This document shows, piece by piece, positions 11,301 through 24,188 of a stretch of 64,000 bases of DNA. Within the stretch, counting starts at the first letter, position 1. Every line of letters starts with the position of its first letter. Source of the DNA: Chiloscyllium plagiosum (Eukaryota); contig NC_057710.1 of the NCBI RefSeq assembly GCF_004010195.1, positions 137,336,503-137,400,502 on the forward strand, in the 5' to 3' direction. Under the pieces are notes generated by a model. That model searched no databases, had not been told where the DNA came from, and saw nothing but the letters and a program-made list of their open reading frames with translations. The translations under genes were made by a program, and so were the position numbers.

Positions 11301-13115
11301 AACTATTCAATTTCTGCATATTATGTTTTTTTAAAAGAGGGAACACTTTTGGTCATAGTTGGACGCTGCTTTTGCCTTTGAGATATTTTTGTTCCACAAC
11401 ACTTACAATAATTCTTAGCACCTGATATTCTGTGCATTGTGCGTGTTGGCTTGTCTGTGTCTGTTTCATGTTTTTGCCTTATGAAGTTGCTCGAGTAGAA
11501 TTGTTCCCTTCTCAGGATTTCTCTAATTCTTCCTGGTCTCTGCTTCTAATGCAATTTGATCAACTCTTCAGAATTAAATCTTCTTGAATAGATCTAATAA
11601 AGCCTGAACAAAAGTTCCAGCAATAATTTAGCATCTTATTAATTCTGACTGCAAGGCTTCATACTCACAATTTCCACCAAGCTATAGAAGTCATGAATGA
11701 ATTCAACTACAGGTTCCCCTCAAAGTTGAACTACTCTGTTAAATCACATCCATTCAAGAATTCTATTTGTTCCTAAGTAATCATCAGCTGCAGGAAGTAC
11801 TGAATACTATATTAACTTGTTCTGTTTCTGATTCGCCACAATTTTGTATATTAGTAGCTGTTTTCTCCATATAAATCAAAACTTTTGCTCTGTTAGAGCC
11901 AAGCCAACTATGATTTTGAATCTGAAGTATATTCCATTTCTATTTCTTCGCATTGATCAATCTTTTGACTTTAAAGCATCTTAAATCTGTTTAACTTCAA
12001 TATTGTTTTAAATCTGATCATCTTGTATTCAGAAAGGGTATTATTTTAAATTATAGTACAGTATAGCTTGCTAGTGTCTTCACAGCTTTTTCTTTATTTA
12101 CCAGACTTCTTTTGAATTGTATTAATCTTTCTAATAAAACTTTAAGCTCTATTTACACAATGTTCTGTAGAGATTTACTGCAGCTAATTTTAAGTCTTAT
12201 TTTTGGTAAAACTCATTTTTAAAATTAAAAGGTCATAAAATTGTCTATACCAATAATCTTCTAAAAAAGCTAATCAAACTTTAGACATTTCAAAACTTGT
12301 AAACTCTCTTAAATACCTCAGAAAAACTATCAGTATTATCTTCCTGATCGAGAGAATCAGGAATAGAACAGTCTCTTTATTTTCCTTTTGCTTGGAAAGT
12401 TTCATAATTATTTTAAAACAAATTTGCAGCCTTTCACCTCTTCTTGAGATGATCTGTGCTTTTGTTCCTCTGTACAAATGGTGTACTGAAACTCAGCCTA
12501 TTATTAAAATATATTTTTTTATATCTTTTTAAACTTTTATTCTCGGTATCTTAATCTGCTGTGGTGAGCTATTTGCTTTCAAAATTTCTGATTTTGATAT
12601 ATATTCAAGTTATGGCTCGGTTTTAACTTTTGCACCTGAACCTTACAGTGCCCACTCATGACTGCAGCAATGCTCATTTTACCAGTAAATAATCATGTTT
12701 TATTCTTCCAGCCTTTCAACCTGGGGTGTTCTGCTATTCAGGTATGTTTTCTACCCTTTTCCCTTCGGGATTTAACTTACTGCTGGAATCTCTGATGTCT
12801 GTTTGCTGTACCACCAAACCCCAAGTCAGATCTGCTCACACTGGCTTTACTGCCACGTTCCTAGGTTTCCTTGCCTTCTCACTTCAGTGTATTGCAAATA
12901 AGCTGTTACAGCTTTTATGAGCTTGTGCTGACTGATGTCTGTTTAAATTGTTTTCAATCTGCCCAGCGACCAAACTTAAGCCAAAGCTCTTAATGTGATA
13001 TCCGACTTGGCTGCAAATACACAAAAAAAATCATCTTTTTATTTAGATTCTAGTCAATTATTTTCACTGTTTGCCTCTCCAAAATAGGATGTAATGGCAC
13101 CTGTTGGTGCCACCA
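8395..13115 (-). mobile_element. Decayed Ty3/Gypsy LTR retrotransposon internal region (gag-RT-RNaseH-integrase)
   Basis: Minus-strand remnants: gag near 11600-11900; RT MVTVSKSNGSIKICIHLTKFNKTV (10877-11086) and VICDMDDLLMHG (10583-10858); RNase H KEEGALFALWACERFSDCILG (9131-9457); integrase-like remnants 8400-8760; many stops and frameshifts. Confidence 0.8.
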
Positions 13116-13494
13116 TGTCATAATATACCACCACTGGTGGCTCGTAGTTCGGATTGAGTGCTGCCACTGATCCTCCTTCCTCTTCCAACCCAAAGGCCTG
13201 ATCAACAGTCTATGGTGGAGAATGGGCCATGAACAAGTCTCAGCAAAAGAGACACTGCATTAGATAACAAGTTGCAGCTTACTACATCATAGAAACTAGG
13301 TTACATTCCACTCTTGGACCTATTTGCTGTTTTTAACAAGAGGTAGAGAAGTCAAGAATCTCTAATCAGGAAGCTGTGGCAGATTCCAATTGATTCTCCA
13401 CCTAGAGGCCAAGACATCAGACTGTAGAGCTCAGCAGAACTTTAACGTTAACACTGTCAGAACCATTATCTTATACAAAGTACATACCATTACA
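13116..13494 (-). mobile_element. Probable 5' LTR of the Gypsy element
   Basis: On minus begins tgtaatgg and ends tgaca (TG...CA), immediately followed by PBS-like tggtggcacc; partner LTR not found. Confidence 0.5.
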
Positions 13495-13794
13495 CTTACC
13501 CAAGTTTCTGAGCTCCCTCCTTGAAAAGGGGAGCTCAGAAGACCAAGAGTAAATCAAAGTCATCCAGATGTTATAGCAGACTCAGTCACATTCACATGAT
13601 TTCAGTAACAAGCTATTGTAATATATTTATCCCTTGTCAGGTCTCATTCTCATCTCCCCAATGCCCTTCAGATATTGCTGAAGATAATTGCTCAGAGGAG
13701 TCTCAGTTTCAGGACTCACGCAAATCATGCACTAGCTCAGATAGTCACACTTTGGGCAAATCTTCTGTTTTCATTACATCTCATTCATTTGGTC

Positions 13795-14962
13795 AGAGTC
13801 ATAGAGATATACAGCACGGAAACAGATCCTTCGGTCCAACTCGTCCATGCCGACCAAATATCCTAACCTAATGTAGGCCCATTTGCCAGCACTTGGCCCA
13901 TATCTTTCTAAACCATTTCTATTCATATATTCACCCCGATGTCTAATAAATGCTGTAACTGTACCAGCCTCCACCACTTCCTCTGGCAGCTCTTTCCATA
14001 CATGCACCACCCTCTGCATGAAAGTTTCCCCTTAGGGCCCTTTTATATCTTTCCCCTTTTACTTTAAACCTATGCCCTCTATCTGGACTCCCCTAACATA
14101 GGGAAATGACCTTGCCTATTTATCCTATCCATGCCCCTCATGATTTTATAAAGCTCTTTAAAGGTCACCTTTCAGCCTCTGACGTTCCAGGGAAAAACAG
14201 CCCCAGCCTATTCAGTCTCTCCCTATAGCTCAAATTCTCTAATTCCGGCAACATCCTTGTAAATCTTTTTTGAACTCTTTCAAGTTTCACAACATCCTTC
14301 CGATAGGAAGGAGACCAGAACTGCACGCAATATTTCAAAAATGGCAAACCAACATCCTGTACAGCTGCAACATGACCTCCCAACTACTTTACTCAATGCT
14401 TTAACCAATAAAGGAAAGCATACCAAATGCCTTTTTCACTATCCTATTAACCTGTGACTCTACTTTCAAGGAACTATGAACCTGCACTCCAAGGTCTCTT
14501 TGTTCAGCAACACTCCCTAGGACTTTACCATTAAGTGGATAAGTCCTGCTAAGATTTGCTTTTCGAAAATGCAACATATCATATTTATCTAAATTAAACT
14601 CCATCTGCCACTCCTCAGCCCATTGGCCCACTTGATCAAGACTCCATTGTAATCTGAGGTAACCTTCTTCACTGTCCATACCTCCAATTTAGGTGACATC
14701 TGTAAACTTACTAACTATAATTCCTCTGTTCACATTCAAATCATTTTATATAAATTACAAAAAGCAGTGGACCCAGTACTGATCCTTGCAGCACACCACT
14801 GGTCACAGGCCTCCAGTCTGAAAAGCAACCCTCCACCACCATTGTCTGTCTTTGACCTTCAAGCCAGTTTTGTATCCAAATGGCTAGTTGTCCCTATATT
14901 CCATGAGATCTAACTTTGCTAACCAGTCACCCATGCAGAACCTTGTCGAACGCCTTACTGAA
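13795..14962 (-). mobile_element. CR1 LINE 3' part (ORF2 RT C-terminus and 3' UTR)
   Basis: WAEEWQMEFNLDK, YCVQFWSPSYRKDVVKLERVQKRFTRMLP; tail ctctatgactc. Confidence 0.92.
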
Positions 14963-14964
14963 CA

Positions 14965-15800
14965 GTTTCTGCCTTTGCTGTTGGAGTTCATGTATTTCTG
15001 GACATCCCTGGTGCATTGAGGAAAAGTTAACAAACAGTGAAATTCACAGCTGACTTTGGAGGAACCTGTGTGGGAGAGCTCACAACACAGGAACAGTCAA
15101 GAGCATAGTTTTTAACAGGTAACCTTGCTGTAAATCTACTGTAGTAACTGGGTTCTTCCTTGATTATGTTTTATTCAGATCTATCTCTTGATTAAATTTT
15201 AAAAATATAAACCATGAGTACTAAGTTAGCCTGCAGCACTTTTTTAAGAACAAAAAGATGGTGCTATTTTCAGGAACTGTAGATTGTGAAGAAGAAAAGA
15301 TGGCCTTAAGTAGAGTGATATGCTCTTCCAGTCAGATGTGGGAGTTTAGGAAGAGTTTACGTGTTACTGATGATTATGTCTGTAGTAATTGTCTTTGGTT
15401 GCGAATCCTATCATATCGCATGGATTGGTTGGAGCAAGTTATGAGGCAATGAGGAATTTACAAAAGCAAATTTACAAAAGGGTGTGATGGATGACAATTA
15501 TGGAAAGGGAGAAAGGCTGTAGATATAGTGAAGTAGATAAATTAACTCCAGAAAAGGTAGATGAGGTGGCTAGGTAGTGTAGGTAGCTATCTCCATTTCA
15601 AACAAGCATGATGTTTTGGAAAATGTAGGGGGTGATGGACTCTCAGGGAAATGTAGCATAAACAGCCAAGTGTTTGTTATCTAGACTGGCTCTAATGTAG
15701 TATGGGGTACGTCGGGTTCCAAACGACTGATTGTGATAGGGGACTCTCTAGTCAGAGACATAGACAGATGTTTCTGCAGCCAACATCAAAAACTCAGATT
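14965..15800 (+). mobile_element. CR1 LINE 5' part (ORF1 zinc finger and start of SGNH esterase), decayed
   Basis: MALSRVICSSSQMWE...DDYVCSNC (15298 onward) and IVIGDSLVR-DIDRCF motif at about 15730-15775. Confidence 0.7.
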
Positions 15801-16111
15801 GATGAGTCACATAAAAGATGACGAGTTACATGAGCTGACTCTTCAGAGGATATCCCTCCATTTCTTCTTTCAATCAGAGAGAGATTAAAGGACACTAATG
15901 GGCCTTTTGCTGAGATCTAGGCCCTGGTGATGAAGTCCCGCCACTAGTGAACAGCACTCTCACTCAGCTGCACTTCAAAAAAGCATGTTCCTGTTGCACA
16001 ACCATGGGATTGCAAAGACCAAGGTGTCAGGCAGTCTGTTTGTTGGAGGCCACAACTAACATGGGGTGTATAGGTCCAGCTTGCACCTTCCCACCTAGAA
16101 CCAACATTAAG

Positions 16112-16670
16112 TGAAGGTGAGAATGTGTATAGGGTATAAGCAGGTAGGGAAAGAGTTAAGTTCTGAGTTTTGTGAAATAAAAGGTTCAGCTGAGCATGAC
16201 TCAGATCAGATAAGAACTTGCAGTTAACAATAGGGTGCTGGAGGCAAGGGTAATTGGTTAATAAGGTGGAAAAGTATGCATTATGTAGAGCCATTTAACA
16301 ATATTGGAAGCATTCAGTATGTAAGGTCAGTTTAATAAGGTGAAAAATATGCACTATGTGAAGCAGCTAAGATTCATTGTGTAACACCAGATGGCTTAAT
16401 CTTTGCTACTGACACTCGCTGATTGTAACGGTCAGCCAATCAATATGTAGGTTACTTCATTAGAATGCTCCTCCCTGTAAAATAACTATATAATTCATTT
16501 ATAAACTGCTCTTCCTGAGAAAACTGAGAACTCGTGTCTCTGTGCACATGGACAATCATTCTCTCTCCCTCCAGGGCCCAGAATAAAGATGAAACTAAAT
16601 AAAGATAAAGATAAAACTATACTGTGTCTCTGAGCATTTTGCTTTGACTGAGGGGGGAAACGAGACGACA
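16112..16670 (+). mobile_element. Probable solo LTR
   Basis: Starts TGAAGG, ends ACGACA; two internal direct repeats of about 32 bp (taataaggtg..aa.tatgca.tatgt), CCAAT near 16436, TATA-like tatataa near 16487, AATAAA near 16581; only a partial TSD (aag). Confidence 0.55.
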
Positions 16671-17810
16671 AAGGCCGGACTTGTATACTACCACCATGCT
16701 AATTATGTTGCCTTTCTGCCACTACAGAATGAGAAGATTTTAATCTTCAGTGTGACCAGTAAGGCAGATGGTGACACTTGGTGGCTGGGCATGAATAGAT
16801 TAGAATGGACAATGCAGCAGTGGAAGTGATCACATCTGAGGGACAAGCTCTGCTCAGCTGGGGCTTTTGACTAACAACAGAATCAGTGAACAGCAGCAGC
16901 AAATTACAGGCGATACAATGAACGACCTTGAAAGTGCAGTTCACATAACTGCAGAAAGATTGGAGAGGTCCACCTCAAGCATGAAGGGAGGGGATATCAC
17001 AAGCCACAGAAATGTTGTGCTTCTCCATGGACTGCAGACTCCAATCAAATGAGCCCACACAAAGCTTAAACATTGTTCGGGATGTGGCAACTTGTCTGCC
17101 TTGCTAATAGGTTGTCAGACATCCAACCCTGTCCTTACAAAGCTGCCTTGACAGTTAATAAGGTATAAGGAAGCACACTGAAGTATGGCTGGACCAGGAA
17201 AAAGAACATTGAAAAAATGTAACGGAATCGGGGATTCCATCAAAACTGCTTTCACATTTCAGCCACAGTATTTCTGAGTCAGTGGCACACGTACAGTCTT
17301 ATCTCCAGATGACTGAAACTGCTGCTACACAGGTAGCACTACAAGAGCAGTATTTAGCAGGGTACTTGCAAGCTCCAAAAATGCAGAAGTTTTTGCAAAG
17401 GGTATTACAGCAATCATAAGACAGACATAGGAGCAGCCTGCCTTTGCCTCTACTGAAGTCATACAGGCTACACCACCAAGCAGTAGAAAAATTAAAAGGC
17501 ACGAATAAGGTTCTGTGGTTGCACCTAAGTAACTGCTACACTGTTGTTTAGAACGTTCGGTATTTATTCAGATTACATTTATGGCATTTTCCACACATTA
17601 CTGTCTTGTTCTTTCTCCGTTAGTTCATTACAAGTAATAGTCAAGGTTTTTGATGAATAATGTGAGGACATTAGTTCATGGGAAACAATCAGAAGGATGT
17701 TGAAGGGGTAGTTCAAAACCTCTCTGTATCGGAAGCAGTGTGGAGTAGTAGGAGGTAGGAGTGATTTTTGCATCATCCAAATGCAATGTTGCAAACTATT
17801 TGAATCCTTC

Positions 17811-18130
17811 CGGTGGCTCAGTGGTTAGCACTGCTGCCTCACAGTGCCAGGGACCTGGGTTCAATTCCCGCCTCGGGCAACTGTCTGTGTGGAGTTTGCA
17901 CGTTCTCCCCGTGTCTGCTTGGGTTTCCTCCGGGTGCTCCGGTTTCCTCCCACAGTCCAAAGATGTGCAGGTCAGGTGAATTGGCCATGCTAAATCGCCT
18001 GTAGTGTTAGGTGGATTAGTCAGGGATAAATATAGGGGGGGTGGATTTCTCTTCGGAGGGTCGGTGTGGACTTGTTGGGCCGAAGGGCCTGTTTCCACAC
18101 TATAGGTAATCTAACCTAATCTAACCTAAC
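17811..18130 (+). mobile_element. HE1-type V-SINE, young, near full length
   Basis: A box tggctcagtgg, B box ggttcaattcc, V-domain, CR1-like tail gggccgaagggcctgtttcc, ctaat/ctaac repeat end; CpGs retained. Confidence 0.92.
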
Positions 18131-21100
18131 ATGACATCATAAGCAGTTTAACTGTTGGGCAGTAAACTACGTGGCTGCCGGTGCCCTCTCAGCTTTGCAA
18201 CAGGCTGCTGCTGGCTGGCTTCGTCCCCAGAGATGCAACCCAAGGCATCACAAAAAACACATATGTTGATGTGATAGCAAAAAACTCCTCTTAGCAAAAT
18301 TACGATGGACAAACTCTTGACACAAGCAGGTAAGATGGCAGAAGAGAATATTTAGTATTTTTTGACATCTCTGTCTGCGATTACTTCAGTCCCTCAATGG
18401 ACACAGTACATTTACCTTCAATCTACTGTGAGTCAAGGAAGTCATGAATGCAGTGGACAGAATGTCAAAATGGAAACAATGCATTAATAACCCTCAGACC
18501 TAACAACTGAGAACAGAAATCCACAACCCACCACTCCTGAAGGCCGTACAGCAATTATTTTAAAGCACAGCAAACAGTTTAACTTTGTGAAAAACCGTGC
18601 TTATCATATCCTTGAATTTAAAAGGAAAAGTTGCCTTTCACTGCTCTGAAAACAAAAAATGAGAAATTGATATTTATCTTTCCTAGCGAAGAGGATGAAG
18701 TCAATCTCTCAGTGAAGGAAAGGGTGGTAATTTTATTAATTTTTATTGATCTAGTTAACAAAACTCAAAGTAGAAAGTCATCCAGATGGACTGGGATATA
18801 TCTTACAGTTTGAGCAAAGGGTCTCATACAATGTTCCAATTCTATGGTATGTGAGGATGGTGTCAAGATATTGAGCAAACTAAAATTTCATGATTCAAGG
18901 AGATCAGTGAAGCGTATACTTGTAAATTGAAACATCGAAACAACTTGCACTCCTGCAGAAAAACAAAATCACTATACACTGTTTTAAAAGGTGGAGGTGA
19001 ATTGTCAAGACCAAATAGGAGGAACTCGTTGGCGAGGATGGGATAGCAGCAACGGACCGAGCAAGGAGTAGGAAGAGCAATAAAAAATACACATTCATGA
19101 AAGCAAACAGGGAAGTGATAAGGCAAGGTGATGCAAACAAAAAAAACGATTTTGCTTGGGGAGATTCTGAGTGGCCACAGACAGCAAAACATGGAGAACG
19201 ATGAAGGAGCAAAAAATGGGTGTTAAGGAAGCAAAGAGCATACAAGGATAGAAGAGATTAGTAAGATAAAGTTAGCTGAGATTTGAAGGTCAGCAAATAA
19301 TTTAAGAAGTCAATGCGATAGAGGTTGAGCTAGCTGAATGCCACAGCAATGGAGGGAACAGTTTGAGTATGGGGAGGCAGACTGTCGCATTTAAAATGAA
19401 TTATGGAAGGTGGCGTCAGAAAAGCTATGACCAAAGTGGAGTCATAATGAGGCATAATGAAATAAGAAAAATCTAGGAAAGTAGCCCTTTGTAAAAATCA
19501 TAATCAGAAAACAAAAATGTAATTACATTTATTGATTCTAGTAATTAAGGTTGAGAATATCCTCAAGCACAGCTGTAATGTGCCTGTGATTCTGCAGTAC
19601 CAAGACACAGTCAGATTACTTACACTGATGACAAAAAAATTAAATACCAATGCCAGACCAGTTAACATACCACTGTATGTTGTACAGTTGAAACTTCTAC
19701 TTTTAAATAAAAATAAAAATTTTCCTTCAAGCTTAAAACAAGAAAATAATCCGCTCATAACATACTATTGAAAATTAATACCTACATTTAACCTCTAAAC
19801 AGCCAAAGCTAAAAGCAAAGACAATCAAAGATTTTTGCTACTGTCCATCGATCTACCTGAAACACACACAATGTTTGGATATCAGCAACACTGCAGCATA
19901 GACCTTGTTAACTGATATGGTGGTTTTATCTGAATGGTCAGATTGGGGAAGGAGAAGTGTGTAGGAGGAGAAGAAAGAGACAAACTATTAATTATGAAAT
20001 TTTATAAGCACAATCTTCAATAACACTCTCTCAACAAAAAGTTGCATGTATCTGACATTCTAATTGTGGGGTGCCCAAGGGACTTCTTCTTCAGCCCATT
20101 CCAGAAAATTGACAAAATCTCGTGGCAATTCAACAATTTCTTCCAATTACCATGTATACAGAATACAATGAATAGAAATGTCAAACATGCAGAGAAAACA
20201 CTTATAATAATCACATTCAATTTAAAACTCCAATCCAAGGAGAGAATGATTCTGAGGCAGAACATCAACACAGAATTTAAATTTGTTTTTGAAGTCATAA
20301 AAACAGACTACTGCTGAATATTACAAATAAACTGTTAAGAGACTCAATAATCAACATTTGATTCTACTGTGACATGCAAAAAAACTTTGCATTTAATAAT
20401 GTTAGATATGAAGTTTAGCTGTGAAATACATTACCAAATGAATACTAGTAAAAGCTTGGGAAGACTGGCCTCATTTGTTAAGATACACTGATAGCTAAAA
20501 TCAAAAGAACTCAGATGAAATCCCCAGAGGCTGTGTACAAGAAACATCAAGAGATGGCTAACCACTATTCCCCAGCAATAAGTTCCCAGTGGAGATTGCT
20601 CTCTTCATTAACCTTCCCCAATATACTTCATAACTATTTCCAACGCAGCGTTTGATTTGTTCTCTTTTTTTTGAACTAGTAATTTTTAAAACATAAATAC
20701 TGACAATCAGTCCCTAAAAAGCACATAGCTTCAAAAGAGGTTCTCTCTCAGAAGCTCGAAGAAGAGGATGCAAGCTCAAGTTGCTTATTAATTATATTTT
20801 CCCAAAGGTTAAGAACATGATGGAAATTCTCAACAGAAATGTAGGCACAACCTACAGTTCAGAATAAAAATCTAGGCAATAATGGATTTAGGAGTTTGTG
20901 GTTAAAGATCTGGCTAGTTAATCAAAATGTAAAACAGATACAGTATTAACGTAATATGTGATACTGCTGAGCAATCCACAACAGGCAAATACATTGGTTT
21001 TCCATCAATTCAAAACAGAAAAGCACCACTTTAGGACTTAAACGTCAAATAATACAGCATACAAATCAGTATAGCCTCATTCACATGATATAATTCTACT

Positions 21101-21784
21101 CTATTTCATCGATGAATTACACACAATACAGGCACTCCCAATAAATGATTGCAACTCAACGCTTTTGCTTTCTCTAAATGAAACAAAATCTTTCCAGATC
21201 CCCACAGTGCAAGTGGTAAAACACGGAACTACATGATTTTGTTTTTACAAGACTACAAGTGCTGATTGCAAACCATTTCTCCAGGTGGGATCTTATGTAC
21301 CCCAAGGGTGGCCCCCATCTCTACTTTCTTCCCACAGTACACACCTACCTCGCCATCGTTCACACCTGCTTCCTGGTTTAATCTAAAAACATGAATTAAT
21401 AAACCATCACCTTGGTGTGTTGGAAAATTATTCCATGACCCCTCCCACTTTGCTTTCCCCTGACGTGTTTGAATAGCAATGGGCCAACTCAATACAAAAT
21501 AAAAAATACTGCTCTTAAAAACAAAGAAAACAAATGTACAGTCTTGAAAGAGAAAATAATTATTACTAATCTGTCAGTGCAACAGGAAGGGATGATAGAT
21601 GTAGAGGACAATATATTTAAAGAAAATTAAATATCAATCATCCTCTGCCCAATTCAGATAGCCTGGATTTGGAGTGTGTCAAACAATTTACTTGTGCTCC
21701 AATAACAAAATGCTCCCCTTTCACAAAAAGATTAGCAAAATAAATTGAGAAAGGAAATTGCAAACACGGTAAAATGTTGAAACC

Positions 21785-21940
21785 ATAGCGATGTACAGCA
21801 TGGAAAGAGACCCTTCGGTCCAACTCGTCCATTTTGACCAGATATCCCTACACAATCCATTCCCACCTGCCAGCACCCGGCCCATATCCCTCCAATTCCT
21901 TCCTATTCATATACCCATCCAACTGCCTCTTAAATGTTGC
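21785..21940 (-). mobile_element. CR1 3' UTR fragment
   Basis: Matches 13800-13960 (acagcatggaaagagacccttcggtccaactcgtcca). Confidence 0.8.
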
Positions 21941-22184
21941 AAAGTGATAACTTATTCTGTAATTTATATTTTTTTAAAAGTCTAAACACAGCAAAAGAAA
22001 ATCTATTTTAAAAAAAGTTAAATGTTAGAACAATTAATCGCTTATATACTACTTGCTGAATCAATACTGTGAAGTAATCCTTAATTAAATGGCAAGGACT
22101 ACATTAAACAGAAAGCAGTAACTGTTCTAACAGCCCCCTACTGAATCCCTGAATAGGCAAGTGTCAATTAAAAGTTGGACAGCA

Positions 22185-22300
22185 CTTGGGGTGCAGTGAT
22201 AGCATCTCTACCACTGGGCCAAAAGGTCCAGGTTCAATTCCAACCTGTTTTGGATATGTTCCACGAAATGTCCTTACAGACTGACAAAAAAAAAATCTAA
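22185..22300 (+). mobile_element. Short tRNA-derived SINE (old)
   Basis: A/B-box-like gtgcagtgatag...ggttcaattcc and A-rich end; similar copies near 33280-33390 and 39995-40070. Confidence 0.5.
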
Positions 22301-22772
22301 ACTAAAAGTTGAACTAAGAATAATAAAAATTTAAAAAAAAGTATTCAGAGGTCTATCCAAAAGTTTCAGAAGAGAGAAGTACCGAAGCAGTGTATTGAGC
22401 ATTAAATTTCTTCTAGCTATCAACCATTCATTCCTATTTCACCACTACCTAAAAACTATTCGAATATATCCTGAGTTGTATCTCAATAAATGCTGACCCA
22501 GTAAGCAATGCTCACATCCAACGAATGAATAATAAAAAAATTTAATCTTGCAGAGATTAAAAGATGAGCTCCTAAAAACTCCATGGCTAACACTCAGCCA
22601 ACAGGGCAGCAAACCTGAATACTGAAAGCAGGGAGTTTGCAATTTCACTCAGCAAACCAGGATCAGAGTTTGCTAGGGCTGCACCTGCCCATAGTGGGTG
22701 TTTTCAATGAACGTGCACTCAAAGCCAGGTAAGTGGGATTTGAGTTCACTGGAGTCTGTCATAGAGGAAGGA

Positions 22773-23283
22773 GTTCACAAAATATATCTACTACCACAGG
22801 GCTGGAGGTGAACAAAACTATTTTGTGAAACTGACTTCCTCATAACTTACTGTTGAATTGAAGGAGTAGGACAAAGGGTACTGCTGTACATGCTGTCTGT
22901 AAAATGTTCTGAGGCATGTTGTGGAGACATGATCAGAAAAACAAAAATCAAAATGGTCTTGGTTAAAAAAGGGGCTCAATTAGGTGAATCCAATAAATAG
23001 GACTTAGACAACTAAACTCAAAGTATTGTTCACAAAAATATATCTACTACCACAGGACTGGAGGTAAACAAAACTATTTTGTGAAACTGACTTTCTCATA
23101 ACTTACTGTTGAATTGAAGGAGTAGGACAAAGGGTACTGCTGTACATGCTGTCTGTAAAATGTTCTGAGGCATATTGTGGAGACATGATCAGAAAAACAA
23201 AAATCAAAATGGTCTTGGTTAAAAAAGGGGCTCAATTAGGTGAATCCAATAAATAGGACTTAGACAACTAAACTCAAAGTATT
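22773..23283. repeat. Tandem duplication of about 255 bp
   Basis: 22773-23027 and 23028-23283 are nearly identical with a few substitutions and indels. Confidence 0.95.
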
Positions 23284-24026
23284 AATGGTGGGAAGCACTG
23301 GAATAGTGAAGTCTGAAGAGGAAACATGGATGGTTGAGGATTGCAGTAGTAGGTGGGCACACTCAGACATTCCTAAATAATGTAAAATATGTAGTTTTTG
23401 TACTGCACTGTTGGAGGCTTAGTTTGGGTTCAACAGACTCTGAAGACTACTTCAAACGTAAAGATTATAAGAGTCATAAGCCAGCTATGCACAAGTTTGA
23501 CAGCATTGGAGTTGAAGTGGTGAAGGTCAGGACTATACCAGCTGAAAAACTGAATAGGTTTTATAGCCAACAAGAGTAATGAAGGTGGAGGCAAAAAGGT
23601 GCTTTAACAGATTAACAACTGCAGATGCATCCTGATGAATAGAAAAGTTGCATTTCACTGGCGTACTCCTGGTTAAACAACAGGACACTGCAAACAATTT
23701 TCAGCAAGATCAAAACTTTTGTTCTTGAACGTAAAGACAGAAAAGGTAGCATTGCTAAATGTAGTATATAAAAGAGTTAGCCAAATAAGTAAAATATGTA
23801 AAGCAGCAGACAAAATAGGAAATAATGAAAAGAGAGAAAGAATAAAATGCTGAGAGCAAAGTCAAATCAGGAATAAAAATACAAAAACAATTTGCTTAGG
23901 ATTACATTCAAAGTATACATGCCGAACAGCTTATTAGCAACAAATAACATAAATTGATCTTTAATGTGTTTATGGGGTGGGGGTAGAAGAGAAGAAAGGT
24001 AAGTAGGATAATGCAGCAGTATTTAC

Positions 24027-24188
24027 CGTCCTGTGCTTCTGAAGCAGGTGCTGGTGATGCAGAGGATGATACTGGTGGATCAACTGAGGAAGGTGGCCTC
24101 CTTGCAAGAGGTGCTCCAATGACTGGAAGTGTTGCTACTTTCACTCTGTCAGGTAGATAACTTTGGTGGGGTATTGAAAGGGGTGGAC
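24027..24188 (-). CDS. SEC24B: SEC24B internal coding exon (probable exon 3)
   Basis: Acceptor ctctgttctgcatttag|GT, donor GACG|gtaaat; 162 nt, phase 1-1; (G)PPLSIPHQSYLPDRVKVATLPVIGAPLARRPPSSVDPPVSSSASPAPASEAQD(G); in frame with both neighbouring exons. Confidence 0.82.

Noticed and set aside
17811-17880. tRNA gene (A and B boxes), also at 55274, 55508 and 60889
   Set aside because: These are tRNA-derived SINE heads that run directly into the V-domain and LINE tail
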